A DNA stretch of 64,000 nucleotides from a virus (lineage: Duplodnaviria; Caudoviricetes), in IMG/VR virus record IMGVR_UViG_3300037067_015039, positions 1 to 64,000 of that record. The stretch is one strand, 5' to 3'. A program made the translations under genes and the position numbers. The notes under the pieces are model-generated. The model saw nothing but the letters and a program-made list of their open reading frames with translations. It made no database searches and was not told the origin of the DNA. The first letter of the stretch is position 1. Every line of letters begins with the position of its first letter. This document shows positions 47,008-57,079 of this stretch, one piece after another.

Positions 47008-48276
47008 TTATTCCTTATTGATGACTTTATTAAGATGCGTATTCCCAAACGAAAGATACCTCACCGGAATCCCGGGCGCAATTTCCGACAAACCATTTAC
47101 CACAGAATTTGCCTGACGAAGCCCATAGGAATAATCCTTATGGTTTACCATAATTTCTTTGCTGATTTCGCGCAATTGTTCGAATGGCCGGCTTCGATAA
47201 CAATCAGCATAAATCCAGCGTTTTTGTTCTTTGAGAATATCCATATGGGTTATGGCCAATTCGTCCACTTTGCCAACAACACTGAGAGCGTATTTGAACG
47301 CTGGCACATCGAAATACCCTCTTCTCAAATCCCCCTGCCACTGATTATTTATGTTATGTTCCGGCTGCACATCAAATCCGTGGACATTCAGATCTTCGCT
47401 TTCTGTGACAAATGGGCCTGCGCCATGCCTGGTGAAATAGGTTCGAACCACCCCAATGGTTGTTATGTCTAATTTATCGGTCGCCCCATAGTGATTGATA
47501 ATCTCAAAGGCGTTATTGAACGTACAATCCGTCCAGGTGACGTGATTCCCAAACCCGTGGGTCTCGTCCAGCAGGACTCCCTGAGCGCCTTCAAAGACAA
47601 TTGCATTCGGCAAACTATTCCTGATGTCATAAAACGTGCCAACTTTAATTTGTTGGAGCCAATCTTTGTAGAAATTTCTAACGTCTACCGGAGTTTCATT
47701 CTGCATTAGATCGTAAAGATTTTGGGTTTCTTTGCTATTGATAAATTTCTTGCATTGCCGAAGTTTTGTTTCTTTTATCCATTCCAGTCTTTCAATCGAA
47801 TGAGGACATGGAATATCCGAGACCTCGAGAGATAGCCCATCTAACTGATCTGCCCGGGTTTCCCCAACTCCCATTCCGCAGGATCCGTGTCTATCTTTTC
47901 CTCGAGACATTTCTTTGAGTCTGTTTGCTCTCCAATGCCAGGGAGTGACAATAACACTCTTGGGGTTTATTAGTAGGCGCTCAAGCCCATCATAAACTCC
48001 ACTATGTTTCAGTACCACATTCTCAATGAGCATTGAGTAGGGTTCAATAAGCATATATTCCGATAAATAGGTCCGGCACCCGGGGATGAAGGTGCCGGAC
48101 CCAAATTGAGCAAAGGTGTGATGGAGTCCGTCAGGCAACACGACGTTATGCCCTGCCTGCGGACCTCCATTATATCGGACTACCCAATTGGCCTTGTGTT
48201 CCCGGCAAAGAAAATCAACCATCGTTCCTTTGCCCTCATCCCCGAAGGCCAAACCTGCGATAATGAATATTTGCAT
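47008..48276 (-). CDS. purA: Adenylosuccinate synthetase family protein
   Basis: FGDEGKG, VRYNGGPQAGH, HGSCGMGVGE, FEGAQGVLLD and TRHGAGP motifs. Confidence 0.85.
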   Translation of the reverse strand: MQIFIIAGLAFGDEGKGTMVDFLCREHKANWVVRYNGGPQAGHNVVLPDGLHHTFAQFGSGTFIPGCRTYLSEYMLIEPYSMLIENVVLKHSGVYDGLERLLINPKSVIVTPWHWRANRLKEMSRGKDRHGSCGMGVGETRADQLDGLSLEVSDIPCPHSIERLEWIKETKLRQCKKFINSKETQNLYDLMQNETPVDVRNFYKDWLQQIKVGTFYDIRNSLPNAIVFEGAQGVLLDETHGFGNHVTWTDCTFNNAFEIINHYGATDKLDITTIGVVRTYFTRHGAGPFVTESEDLNVHGFDVQPEHNINNQWQGDLRRGYFDVPAFKYALSVVGKVDELAITHMDILKEQKRWIYADCYRSRPFEQLREISKEIMVNHKDYSYGLRQANSVVNGLSEIAPGIPVRYLSFGNTHLNKVINKE

Positions 48277-48292
48277 GGTTTCTCTCTAAGAT

Positions 48293-49330
48293 TTACAGTC
48301 TATCCACGCCACCGGCAGAGCCGGCGACAGATGGAAGATTTTCGGCTGAGTACCGGCTGATCTCTCCGGTAGCCTTCGATAAAGGAACAAGCGCCGAAGA
48401 AATACCGGCGTCGGCAACCCCATCGGCAACCAGATCATCAATCCCCACGTATTCCTCACAGATCGCTACCGCGGATACGATCGTTTCACAAATCTTGTTC
48501 GGATCTTGCAGTTTGATGACGTTCTGCTGGCCAAGGAGATTTACCCAGTACTTTTCCAGGCTCTTGTCGGCATAATGGGAAGTCATATTGGGAATGATGA
48601 AGAACACGTGATATTTCTCTTCGAGTTCCTTCAGGATATCTGAGAATTTCAGATCATCTTGAACAGTATCGCCGATAATATCACTTATTTTCTTTTTGGA
48701 GAGGACGTCATAGGCATGCTCGTCACCTATGAAAAATATATAACCCTTTCGGCCCCTCTTTTCGAAATGATCATGAGCGGTGTGCCGGGCCATGAAGTAG
48801 GCCGCCAATTCATATTCCTCTTCATAAGTTCCACCACCAAGGCCTGTAAGCCAGAGGTTTGTAAGGTTATCGTCTATTTCGATACCGGATTCAAACTGGC
48901 CAATCTGGAAGGTTCCAGCATGCCCGTTGGAACGCATAGCATCGTAATCATCAACGGCGCCGATCATGATAGCCGGATATCCATCTCCCAGGTATTTCTT
49001 CCCTGACGCCTTATCGTCCAGGAAATGCCCCATTAATTTACTGAGGGCCTTCTGGATCATCTTTGGAACTTCCTGCATTGACCCAGTGGTATCGGTGATG
49101 ACAGCGATCGGGACCGAAATCGGGTGCGCATCAGAGTCTCTTGCCTCTCTGATCTTAACGCCTTTGGGTTCAAGTGAAGGATGAACGGCTGCCGCGACGG
49201 TGCCGGTATCAATATCGTGACTATATTTAAATGTGGCCTTTTCTTCAGTGATTCCCATGGAATGCGCCAGGTTAATTCTTGCCGTAGTCCGTGACTTATA
49301 ATCCTCTGATGAATAACTACTTCCACCCAT
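48293..49330 (-). CDS. vWA domain protein
   Basis: IAVITDTTGSM MIDAS; QIGQFES; GGG...EEYELA.YF; FFIGDE. Confidence 0.85.
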   Translation of the reverse strand: MGGSSYSSEDYKSRTTARINLAHSMGITEEKATFKYSHDIDTGTVAAAVHPSLEPKGVKIREARDSDAHPISVPIAVITDTTGSMQEVPKMIQKALSKLMGHFLDDKASGKKYLGDGYPAIMIGAVDDYDAMRSNGHAGTFQIGQFESGIEIDDNLTNLWLTGLGGGTYEEEYELAAYFMARHTAHDHFEKRGRKGYIFFIGDEHAYDVLSKKKISDIIGDTVQDDLKFSDILKELEEKYHVFFIIPNMTSHYADKSLEKYWVNLLGQQNVIKLQDPNKICETIVSAVAICEEYVGIDDLVADGVADAGISSALVPLSKATGEISRYSAENLPSVAGSAGGVDRL

Positions 49331-49343
49331 AAATGAACTCCTT

Positions 49344-50348
49344 TCAGTTCTTAGGCAAATTTAAAGCGAGAAATTTCGGGGAGCCATATTCCTCTTTAGC
49401 GAGATTGACCCACCGTTCTTGAATGCTCCAGGCATCGTCCGGCCGCGAAGCCGGAGATTCTGTCACACACCATTGAATAAGATCTCGGAAACGCTTTGGC
49501 ACGTTCCCTGCGATAATATTTATGGATTTCATCAACATATAAATATCCGTCCAGGGGCCGGCAGGTCTCTTTTTCATAACCTCTGGAGGGTAGTGCATTG
49601 AATAATCCCGCACAATCGCGGGGATCGATTGACCGGCAGTACAGGAATAACACCAGTCAACAAGCTTTAATCCGTGATCTTTCGGATCATAAAGAAGATG
49701 GCAGGGAAGAACGGCGCCATGAACAACGCCGGAATGATGCGCAAACCCTAAAACGCTGAGCGCCCGGTTCACCATCCAGACTATATGCCGGAAATCCAGG
49801 TTTTCCGCATGCAGGTCGACAATATCCTTGAGAGCGATAAAGGGCTGCTCATGGTGGAGAATATTCACGCGGCGCCCGGAAGCCTTTACTCCCTGAATAA
49901 ATACAGGAAGATACTTTCTGAAATTCTCAGGTTTAGCTTTCCACAGATGATCCAGGGCGATTTTCTCCCGATCCATCAAATCGTTGTCTTTGGGACCGCG
50001 AACGATCTTTAAAATAACATTCGGATCCTTCTCCGATTCAGCACAGTAAAGGTCGCAGATATCTCCCTTTGTAAGCGATTCCGTAACTACGCAGCCGGCT
50101 ATGACAACTTGTGGAGCTTTCGGTTTAGATGTAAACCCGGTGTACAACTCGTTGAGCTTTTTAAAAGCTTCTTCGGATCGTTTCCTATAATCCGGTGGAG
50201 CAACATCAGGGTGGCAGATTCGGGCATACCGGCGAAACCACTTGTCAGGATCCGCACCAGGGTCCAGGAGATCTTTATAGGTTTTGGCGGCTTCAATCGC
50301 TGTTAAATAAGTTTCTAAAGGTTCATGCTTGGCTTTGACGGCAGTCAT
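49344..50348 (-). CDS. J-domain-like + protein-kinase-like protein
   Basis: ARICHPD...EEAFKKLNELY (HPD J-like); VILKI, VVHGAVLP, KLVDWCYS and YPPEV kinase-fold motifs. Confidence 0.8.
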   Translation of the reverse strand: MTAVKAKHEPLETYLTAIEAAKTYKDLLDPGADPDKWFRRYARICHPDVAPPDYRKRSEEAFKKLNELYTGFTSKPKAPQVVIAGCVVTESLTKGDICDLYCAESEKDPNVILKIVRGPKDNDLMDREKIALDHLWKAKPENFRKYLPVFIQGVKASGRRVNILHHEQPFIALKDIVDLHAENLDFRHIVWMVNRALSVLGFAHHSGVVHGAVLPCHLLYDPKDHGLKLVDWCYSCTAGQSIPAIVRDYSMHYPPEVMKKRPAGPWTDIYMLMKSINIIAGNVPKRFRDLIQWCVTESPASRPDDAWSIQERWVNLAKEEYGSPKFLALNLPKN

Positions 50349-50805
50349 TAGTCCCCTTTCTTTGTTGTTTTTTCTCAAGATCGGCCTTCCTATCGAGTTC
50401 AATTTGATCCACTGTTGTTAATTCTATTTTTTGAATAAAGCTCAAATCGTGGGAAATGAACCAAGAATACATCGGAGCCATTAGCTTATAAACGTCTTTT
50501 TCCCAGATGGACATGGCTTCCACTTTTTTTCCAAGATCTACAACTTTATTCCGAAGGTTATTTATTGCGTCTTCATTTCTCAGGCACAGGGCTTTTAAAT
50601 TAATATTTTCAATCATAAGTTCTTCCATTAAAGGGTTGGGAGAACTACGTGAAGGAAGTCTGTCAATATACCAAGGCCGATTGCATTCTTGTTCCCATCG
50701 CATACGGTCATATCTCAATTTTTGCAATTCTTGATCATATCTCAATTTTTGCAATTCTTGATCATTCCTCTCCAATATCCCTAATGGACCCAATGGACCT
50801 GTCAT
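50323..50805 (-). CDS. Coiled-coil hypothetical protein
   Basis: AAGGAG RBS; contains a tandem duplication. Confidence 0.55.
   Translation of the reverse strand: MTGPLGPLGILERNDQELQKLRYDQELQKLRYDRMRWEQECNRPWYIDRLPSRSSPNPLMEELMIENINLKALCLRNEDAINNLRNKVVDLGKKVEAMSIWEKDVYKLMAPMYSWFISHDLSFIQKIELTTVDQIELDRKADLEKKQQRKGTNDCRQSQA
50708..50765. repeat. 27-bp tandem duplication
   Basis: TCATATCTCAATTTTTGCAATTCTTGA twice; encodes DQELQKLRY twice. Confidence 0.95.
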
Positions 50806-50817
50806 AATGCATTCTCC

Positions 50818-51105
50818 TTATTGGCCTGAAGTAGCCGCATCAATTTTCCTCAACCTTCTCGCAATTTTCTCTGTCATTGGAACAGTCTTGCGCGGTTTAC
50901 GATTTTTCTTTATAGCGGATACTTTCGAAATATCCCTCGAAAGCCCTATCATAGCCTCAGACCAACCAAATGGCACTTCCCATTGACCTCCATCTTTTGT
51001 TTCCCAATGGACAACAGTCTCCCTGGTTACTCTAAGAGCGTCGGCAACTTCTGATTGTCTAAGCCCGGACCTTTTCCTCAAATCCCGAAATTCACAGCCC
51101 TTCAT
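50818..51105 (-). CDS. XRE-family HTH protein
   Basis: FRDLRKRSGLRQSEVADALRVTRETVVHWE. Confidence 0.85.
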   Translation of the reverse strand: MKGCEFRDLRKRSGLRQSEVADALRVTRETVVHWETKDGGQWEVPFGWSEAMIGLSRDISKVSAIKKNRKPRKTVPMTEKIARRLRKIDAATSGQ

Positions 51106-51184
51106 ACAACATCCTTCCCGATCGGGGCTTATTTCCTTTTTTTGGAAAACGGAGTTCTCTTTTGCTTGGTCTGTTAAAGATAAT

Positions 51185-51711
51185 TTATCCTTTCGAAACT
51201 ATGGCTTTATCCAGAACAGCCTCAGCCTGGGTGCCAAGAATTTTAAGAAGTTCGGCCGCCGCTTCCTTCTTCATATTCCTACCAAAACTAAGAATTATCT
51301 GATGAGCTCCAATATTAGAGTATTCACCCTGGATCTCTGCCATATCCACTAAAATGATACAGGCCATCTTGAAACCCATTTTGGATATAAATTTGTCAAA
51401 ATCCTCACACATGTCTCCACCAAGTTTTTGACGTTCTCCAGGCGGTACAGAATGAAGATGCCCACCAATTGTGTCATTAAGTTCTTCCCCGCAAATGGGA
51501 CAGTTCATTGGATTCTCCTCTTAAAAAATGAAGAATGGGGGCAGCAGCTTCGAAATCGAAGACAATGATCAAATTCGATCATATAACCTTCTTCGATACT
51601 GAATGACGCAGCAGTTATAGACATTCCGACAAGGGAATTTATAAACTCCTGTTCCTGTTCTTCTGTCCGGGTTTCCTCTGTTTCTTGGTTATTCTCTTCT
51701 GAATTTATCAT
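51185..51711 (-). CDS. Two hypothetical proteins (51185..51508; 51505..51711)
   Basis: ATGA-coupled ORFs. Confidence 0.55.
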
Positions 51712-52021
51712 TTCTTAACTCCATCCCGGGCGATAATTCGCGTTTTCTCCAACATCCTGATACTGGATCCCGCTCCATAAGGGCGAGTTCCTTACGTGTA
51801 ATCGGTACAGCTCCCCACCTGATAGCCAGGGCTCGTTTAGAAGCACAGATATCAAAATGCTCTTTTTTAGATTGCCCTGGATATTGCAGCCATTTCACGC
51901 GAACACCTATCTTCCTGGCCATCATGAGAAGTTCATCCGTTGTGTCGGCAATCATGTGGGACATACACATATTGCGATATTTTCCCATTGGGTATTTATA
52001 CATGTCGTCGACATAAACCAT
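51689..52021 (-). CDS. DUF4031-like protein
   Basis: MVYVDD...MSHMIADT.DEL...A.KIG....WLQ....HFDI..SKR.LA...GAV. Confidence 0.85.
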   Translation of the reverse strand: MVYVDDMYKYPMGKYRNMCMSHMIADTTDELLMMARKIGVRVKWLQYPGQSKKEHFDICASKRALAIRWGAVPITRKELALMERDPVSGCWRKRELSPGMELRNDKFRRE

Positions 52022-52022
52022 T

Positions 52023-52421
52023 TCAGTTGCACCCTTCGAGATAATTGGCCAATTTCCTAAGGATTGAAGAATTATCTTTGCAATGTCCAAGAATGAGGTT
52101 ACATCTATTGCAAATCCATCCTCTGAATTTCCCGGATGCATGGCAATGATCAAAGCATATCTTCCCTCCATTACCACAGACGGAGCACTCCAACGGTTTT
52201 TTGCTGCCAGTAATTGCCAGATGTTTTCGCACCATCCTTGTCTGATAACATCTACGAGCGGAAGAGTTTGCTTTATTTTTAAACTCTTCGGTATGCATAA
52301 CCTTTCGAAACCATCGGTTGCGGCTTTCCCTTCTTTTTAGTGGATCTGCTTTCAATCGGCTTTCCCTAACGCGATCCGGATATCGTTGTCTGTATCTGCG
52401 AACCGCTTCAAGATTGCTCAT
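52023..52421 (-). CDS. Endonuclease VII-family nuclease
   Basis: CSVCG...FDHCH.SGKFRGWIC..CNLILG. Confidence 0.9.
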   Translation of the reverse strand: MSNLEAVRRYRQRYPDRVRESRLKADPLKRRESRNRWFRKVMHTEEFKNKANSSARRCYQTRMVRKHLAITGSKKPLECSVCGNGGKICFDHCHASGKFRGWICNRCNLILGHCKDNSSILRKLANYLEGCN

Positions 52422-52636
52422 CTCTGAACTCCATCGCAGTGAGTGTGGTTCTTGCAATAATCCTTGTCTGGGCCATCCTTAATACTACACCGCGGACAGA
52501 TCGGAAGATCGCATGTCTTCCCGTTCGGAAGAAGCCAGTCACAAAGCAGGTTCGCCGGCTGTCCGCAGTGTGCGCAGTATTTCTGATTGCCTCTCCTAAC
52601 ACAAACTATCGCATTGCCCTTACGGAAGCATGGCAT
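52418..52636 (-). CDS. Cys-rich Zn-finger protein
   Basis: CAHCG...LLCDW...KTCDLPICPRC...DYCKNH. Confidence 0.7.
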   Translation of the reverse strand: MPCFRKGNAIVCVRRGNQKYCAHCGQPANLLCDWLLPNGKTCDLPICPRCSIKDGPDKDYCKNHTHCDGVQR

Positions 52637-53585
52637 TTTGCGCCTCCGGAAATTGAAGCCATTCCCGTCCATCCAGGAGGCGGCCGGCGGCTTTTTTGCC
52701 ACAACGGTACATCCACACATCTCCACCATCTGAAGAGTTAGCAAGATCGCTGCCATTATTACCTTTAATTGTTAGGCGATAAGTTTGCTGTTTTTCTTTT
52801 ACAGTTTCTTCACTTGCCCACCAGGCCCACTCCCCCCATTGTTTGAAATGGAACTTCACCCCCGCCGCCACGCACTGATCCCGCAGCGACCGTACCCAAT
52901 CCGGATGCATGGGCCGTGCACCAGGTCCGGATTCGCCGCCGACGATGAGCCAATCGATGCCGCGCTTAACTCCCACGAGGGGATGATTCCCTTTTATCCC
53001 GCCATCTTGATACCAAGCCGATAATCTAGGGCGCAAATATAATGCGTCAAATCGGATTGGCCCCAGCAACGGCTCCGCACTCACGAACCGCACCGCCGCC
53101 GGGATTCTAAGTAATATCGGTATCCGCTCGTTCGCAGCGGCCTGATTTTCGGCCGTCACTCCAACCCATACATTACGTGGCCATGAATTTTCCCACCTGG
53201 AAGGAATACTATTAACAGCATCCCAGGGTCTCTTTGTAAGCAACATCCAGATCAAATTAGGTGTCTGTTCGATCGTCCTCCAGAGACGTTCTTTCTCAAA
53301 ATATGAATCATTACGATCCTGGAAGATGTCACACATGGATCCACAAAAAACTCTGTACCGGGTATTGTGCTCTTCCGCCATACGGTCCCATTTAATCGGC
53401 TCAGCCCAATGTTTTTGGCCAAATAATCGCGCCGGCTTGCCGGGTCCGAAACAATCAAAGCCGGTCCTTTTTGCCAACGCTTTCGCATAGCAATTATCAC
53501 AGCCCGGAGAGATATGGTCACAACCCCAGTAGGGATTGAATGTCATATCAGCCCAACTAATTCCGTTTTCGTGCTGTTTTGCCAC
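52620..53585 (-). CDS. Phage Gp37/Gp68 (DUF5131) family protein
   Basis: ISWAD.TFNP..GC..ISPGCDNCYA; LLTKRP; RFVSAEPLLG; WLIVGGESG..ARPM; FKQWG. Confidence 0.92.
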   Translation of the reverse strand: MAKQHENGISWADMTFNPYWGCDHISPGCDNCYAKALAKRTGFDCFGPGKPARLFGQKHWAEPIKWDRMAEEHNTRYRVFCGSMCDIFQDRNDSYFEKERLWRTIEQTPNLIWMLLTKRPWDAVNSIPSRWENSWPRNVWVGVTAENQAAANERIPILLRIPAAVRFVSAEPLLGPIRFDALYLRPRLSAWYQDGGIKGNHPLVGVKRGIDWLIVGGESGPGARPMHPDWVRSLRDQCVAAGVKFHFKQWGEWAWWASEETVKEKQQTYRLTIKGNNGSDLANSSDGGDVWMYRCGKKAAGRLLDGREWLQFPEAQNAMLP

Positions 53586-53805
53586 GTTTCCCCCACCGCT
53601 GCGCGACGTTTTCTTGTCCCATGGCCCGAAGTCTATTTGCGCTCTTCGAGAGACCAAGCAGGTGTGCCTTGAATATGATTGATGATTCTTTGCGGCCGAT
53701 TAATTTTGAGATCTCGGCGTTGCTGTGATTACGATATAAGTTTTTAAGACCAACTACTTCTTCCTTCGTCCAACGAGGACGAACCAGCTTTTTGATCTTT
53801 TTCAT
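53557..53805 (-). CDS. Small HTH protein
   Basis: WTKEEV..L...Y....NAEISKLIGR...SI..KA..LGL. Confidence 0.75.
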   Translation of the reverse strand: MKKIKKLVRPRWTKEEVVGLKNLYRNHSNAEISKLIGRKESSIIFKAHLLGLSKSANRLRAMGQENVAQRWGKRGKTARKRN

Positions 53806-54512
53806 AGTTTCTCTCCTTTTATTTGTTTAAATTCTACTACCCACACCCATGGGTTAGATTCCCAAGACCCACGTTTCCCATTTATTTTGTCCCATCCGGC
53901 TTTAAAACACATAATAGGAGTTGCCTGACCATATGGAGATTCATCCCCATATACGCCCTCCGCCAGGGCATCTTCTTCGCTGATTTCCTGCAACCTCTGG
54001 ACTCGGATCCCGAGAACTTCAAGTTGAATTCTGGAAGCCCACCGGGGCATGAAGATGGAGGGTCTCCATTTTCCCCCATATTTCTGGATTCCAAAGGTAG
54101 GAGCATATTTAAGATTTTTGACTACTTCTTGATAAGAAGGGGCTTGGAGAAGATATCCATGAGCCAACCATATCTTACCTCCTTCACCATCGCTTATCCA
54201 TGCTCCGCATTGTGAATCGGCAGCATAACCAACGATAGGTCTCTCCGGGCTGCACCAGGTTTCTCTCACCCAAAGCTGATCTCCGATAATTCCATAAGGG
54301 CATGAAAAATACTTTGTAGCTTGCTCATAATTGGCCCATCGGCATTTTCTTATATTCCGGCGATCCTTAGAACATGTCGTGTCAGCTAGAAGCGCGAGAG
54401 TATAACTAACGTCTGGAGGCTGGACCTGCATAATTCTTCGGGTTTGGCTCTTGCGACCTTCCTGAATTGCTCGGACCATTGGCCCACTGAACAGGATCGG
54501 GTGTTCTTTCAT
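53802..54512 (-). CDS. ASCH/PUA-like conserved phage protein
   Basis: PILFSGPMVRAI.EGRKSQTRR; GDQLWVRET; WRPSIFMPRWASRI.LE; W..NPWVWVVEF. Confidence 0.85.
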   Translation of the reverse strand: MKEHPILFSGPMVRAIQEGRKSQTRRIMQVQPPDVSYTLALLADTTCSKDRRNIRKCRWANYEQATKYFSCPYGIIGDQLWVRETWCSPERPIVGYAADSQCGAWISDGEGGKIWLAHGYLLQAPSYQEVVKNLKYAPTFGIQKYGGKWRPSIFMPRWASRIQLEVLGIRVQRLQEISEEDALAEGVYGDESPYGQATPIMCFKAGWDKINGKRGSWESNPWVWVVEFKQIKGEKL

Positions 54513-54513
54513 T

Positions 54514-54957
54514 TTAACTCTCCAGTGGTTTTATAGTAATATCGCATCCACAGTTGGCATTCTCAACGGCGTCATAATATTTGTAAAGATGCTCTATCAC
54601 AATCTGAGCATCATCATTCCAACAAAATCCTGTGAGCGCATCTTCAGCCGCCCTGGACAACTTCAATACATCCGGCTTTACTATTGGATATTTCGGAGAC
54701 GATTTTTTTATTACACCATGTTTACCGAAATGGCCTTTTGGACGTGGAAGATAAAACATAAAGGTGACTTCCAATGGACCTTCCAGAAGTGGTAAACCAG
54801 TCATTGCAATTTTAGCTTGCCATTGAACAGTTTTCCTCCAGCCGGGGCCTTTCTCGTTGTCGTCTTTGACAATGATTTTTTTGGTGTATCTATGCCTAAA
54901 CGCCTTTTTAGAACCGGCAGTCTGCGGAATTCCAGCAACAAAGAACTTAATCTGCAT
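54514..54957 (-). CDS. rusA: RusA-family Holliday junction resolvase
   Basis: KPDVLKL.RA.EDALTG..W.DDAQIV. Confidence 0.9.
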   Translation of the reverse strand: MQIKFFVAGIPQTAGSKKAFRHRYTKKIIVKDDNEKGPGWRKTVQWQAKIAMTGLPLLEGPLEVTFMFYLPRPKGHFGKHGVIKKSSPKYPIVKPDVLKLSRAAEDALTGFCWNDDAQIVIEHLYKYYDAVENANCGCDITIKPLES

Positions 54958-57079
54958 CGTCTTCCTCCTTCAAATCAGGAATTTCATTTTTCTTTTTCCT
55001 GGACTTTTTCAGGATGACTTTTTTGAGTTCATAAATACCGCATTCAGTTCCTTCAATAACATCCTCCGTATTATCTACAACAAGTAGGATTTCCGGTTCG
55101 TCCTCATCTTGAACGACAGTCACTTGTTTTGGAAAAGGCATTCATCCTCCATATCTGCCGCAGGCGGCCACACTAAAAAGGGGTTAGCGTGACCGTTCCC
55201 TGTCCCGCGGCATTGTCAAAGTCTTTTACGAGAATTCGAGTCACCAACATTAACTCGGAAAAAGGCGGCATCTTCTCCGAGTTTCTGAGCTTCTTGTTTC
55301 ATTTCCTGAATCACATGTTCGGCTTCCCTGCATCGTGAGCACCTTTCGGCGCCAAAACGAGGGTTCACCTTTAGATTTTCTAAGAAGACTCCGCACATGT
55401 TCTGCATCTGCCCATAATGGTCGCAGTTGCGGCAGTATTGGTTGCCGGTCCCGATCATAACAATTATTTTGTGTCTAGGGTTTCGGGCATACTTCTTTGC
55501 TGCTGACTCGGTTTTTGGCATTAGTCTCTCTCCATCCATTAATTATGTTCGCATAATGATCGGGTATGCGCTTTTTTCCCATGATCCATTTATAGACTGT
55601 CTCGGGCCGAACATTGAGCTTTTCAGCGGCGGCGATATAATATATATCCAGATCGGATAAAAGTGTTCTTAATCCGTGAGCTTCCATATTATCCTTTATT
55701 TCAATGCCGCATAGTCACCACAAACAACCCATGTGATCTTTTCTCCGGTCAGATAGGCATGGTCGCTTCCGTCATCTGACGTGCATTGTTCGAGCCTGCT
55801 ATTACAACGACCCTTTGCCACAAAGAATATTCGCCAGATTCCCTCAAGATATTGGACCTTAAAAAGGGTTCCATCCGAAAAGGCCAAATAGCAAGGCTTG
55901 TCGTCTGTAGAATAATGGTTGAATTCTTCTCCGATATCTCCTTCGACCTCGATCAGATCGTCACTTGCTCCGTATACTTCAATCATAAGCTCTCCTTAAC
56001 ATCATTGCATCCATTTCTTTGGCGTTTTAAGCCGACGAAGAAGAAACCGTTTCCACCAGTTCGGGCGCCGGCAAGGGTATTTCACCATCGGGATATTGAT
56101 ATCAGTGCAATCGCCCGGGTAAGTGTTTGAAGTCCATAGAACATAATCTCCCCCGGGGTAGCACATTTGGTCTCCGCGCTGGATCTCATCGGTTATTTCC
56201 ACTCTTTCGAGCATAATACCCCAGTTGTGATAAACAGGAGACCTGCACAATAACCATACCCTTGTTTTATAGAACTCTATTTCATCAACAGTTCCGTATA
56301 TCTTACCCAATATATAACCCCCTTTTCATAAAAGCAAATATCTTATTGCTATTTATAACCATTTATAAGCTTTTGTTCATCAATAACATTGTAATCTTCC
56401 GGTTTGATATCTATGATCGGCCCGGAGCCTGTATCGACATTTGGAGTTTTGGGCTGATTCCCAGGGATAAAGTTACTAATTGCACAAGATTCTAAAATTT
56501 CCTCGCCTATCTTGGCAACTATACTTAATAATGTTTCATCCAATTTGATTGCCGGATCAACGCGAACCTCCCATTTAGGACATTGTATATCCGTAAAGAC
56601 AATCGGTCCTGTAAATCTGCGCCCCATGTCAAAATAGGTTTTCGTCATTTTATATATCCCAGGATTTTTTCCACTCATAACCACATAGATCACAGCGAAA
56701 ATAAACATTATCGTCTCTAACCCTAGAGTCGATGAGGATGCAACCGGAACGATGGCATAACGGACAAGGGTTTATACTCGTATTATGAATGTCCATACAA
56801 GCATCCACCCCACTCTGTCCATATATTCTCCTGACTAATTCAATTTCCGCTTTTGAGATTATTCGAGGATTTATCCGCCGCCATTGCCTATTCGTACCAC
56901 TTTTCCCCACAAACCTTACAATGGCATTCCGCAATCCACGAACAACACGCCCGGCGCCCAACCAACCTGATTTCAACATCGCCATTCTCCCCGCAAATAG
57001 GACATACACGAATTTCGAGCTCTAGCCTCCATGGCCGGCGATTGGATGTTATTTCTTTTTTGACTGTTTGAGTTTGCAC
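54947..57079 (-). CDS. Run of small hypothetical genes (54947..55141, 55216..55539, HTH-like 55475..55687, 55696..55986, 56002..56310, 56349..56708, 56888..57079)
   Basis: Tightly packed minus-strand ORFs; 55696..55986 begins with a YGASDDLIEVEGDI motif; exact starts uncertain. Confidence 0.5.

Noticed and set aside
47008-48276. PurZ / Z-genome (2-aminoadenine) pathway
   Set aside because: The motif is GDEGKG with the PurA catalytic Asp, not the Ser-type PurZ motif, and the HD protein looks SpoT-like rather than DatZ-like.
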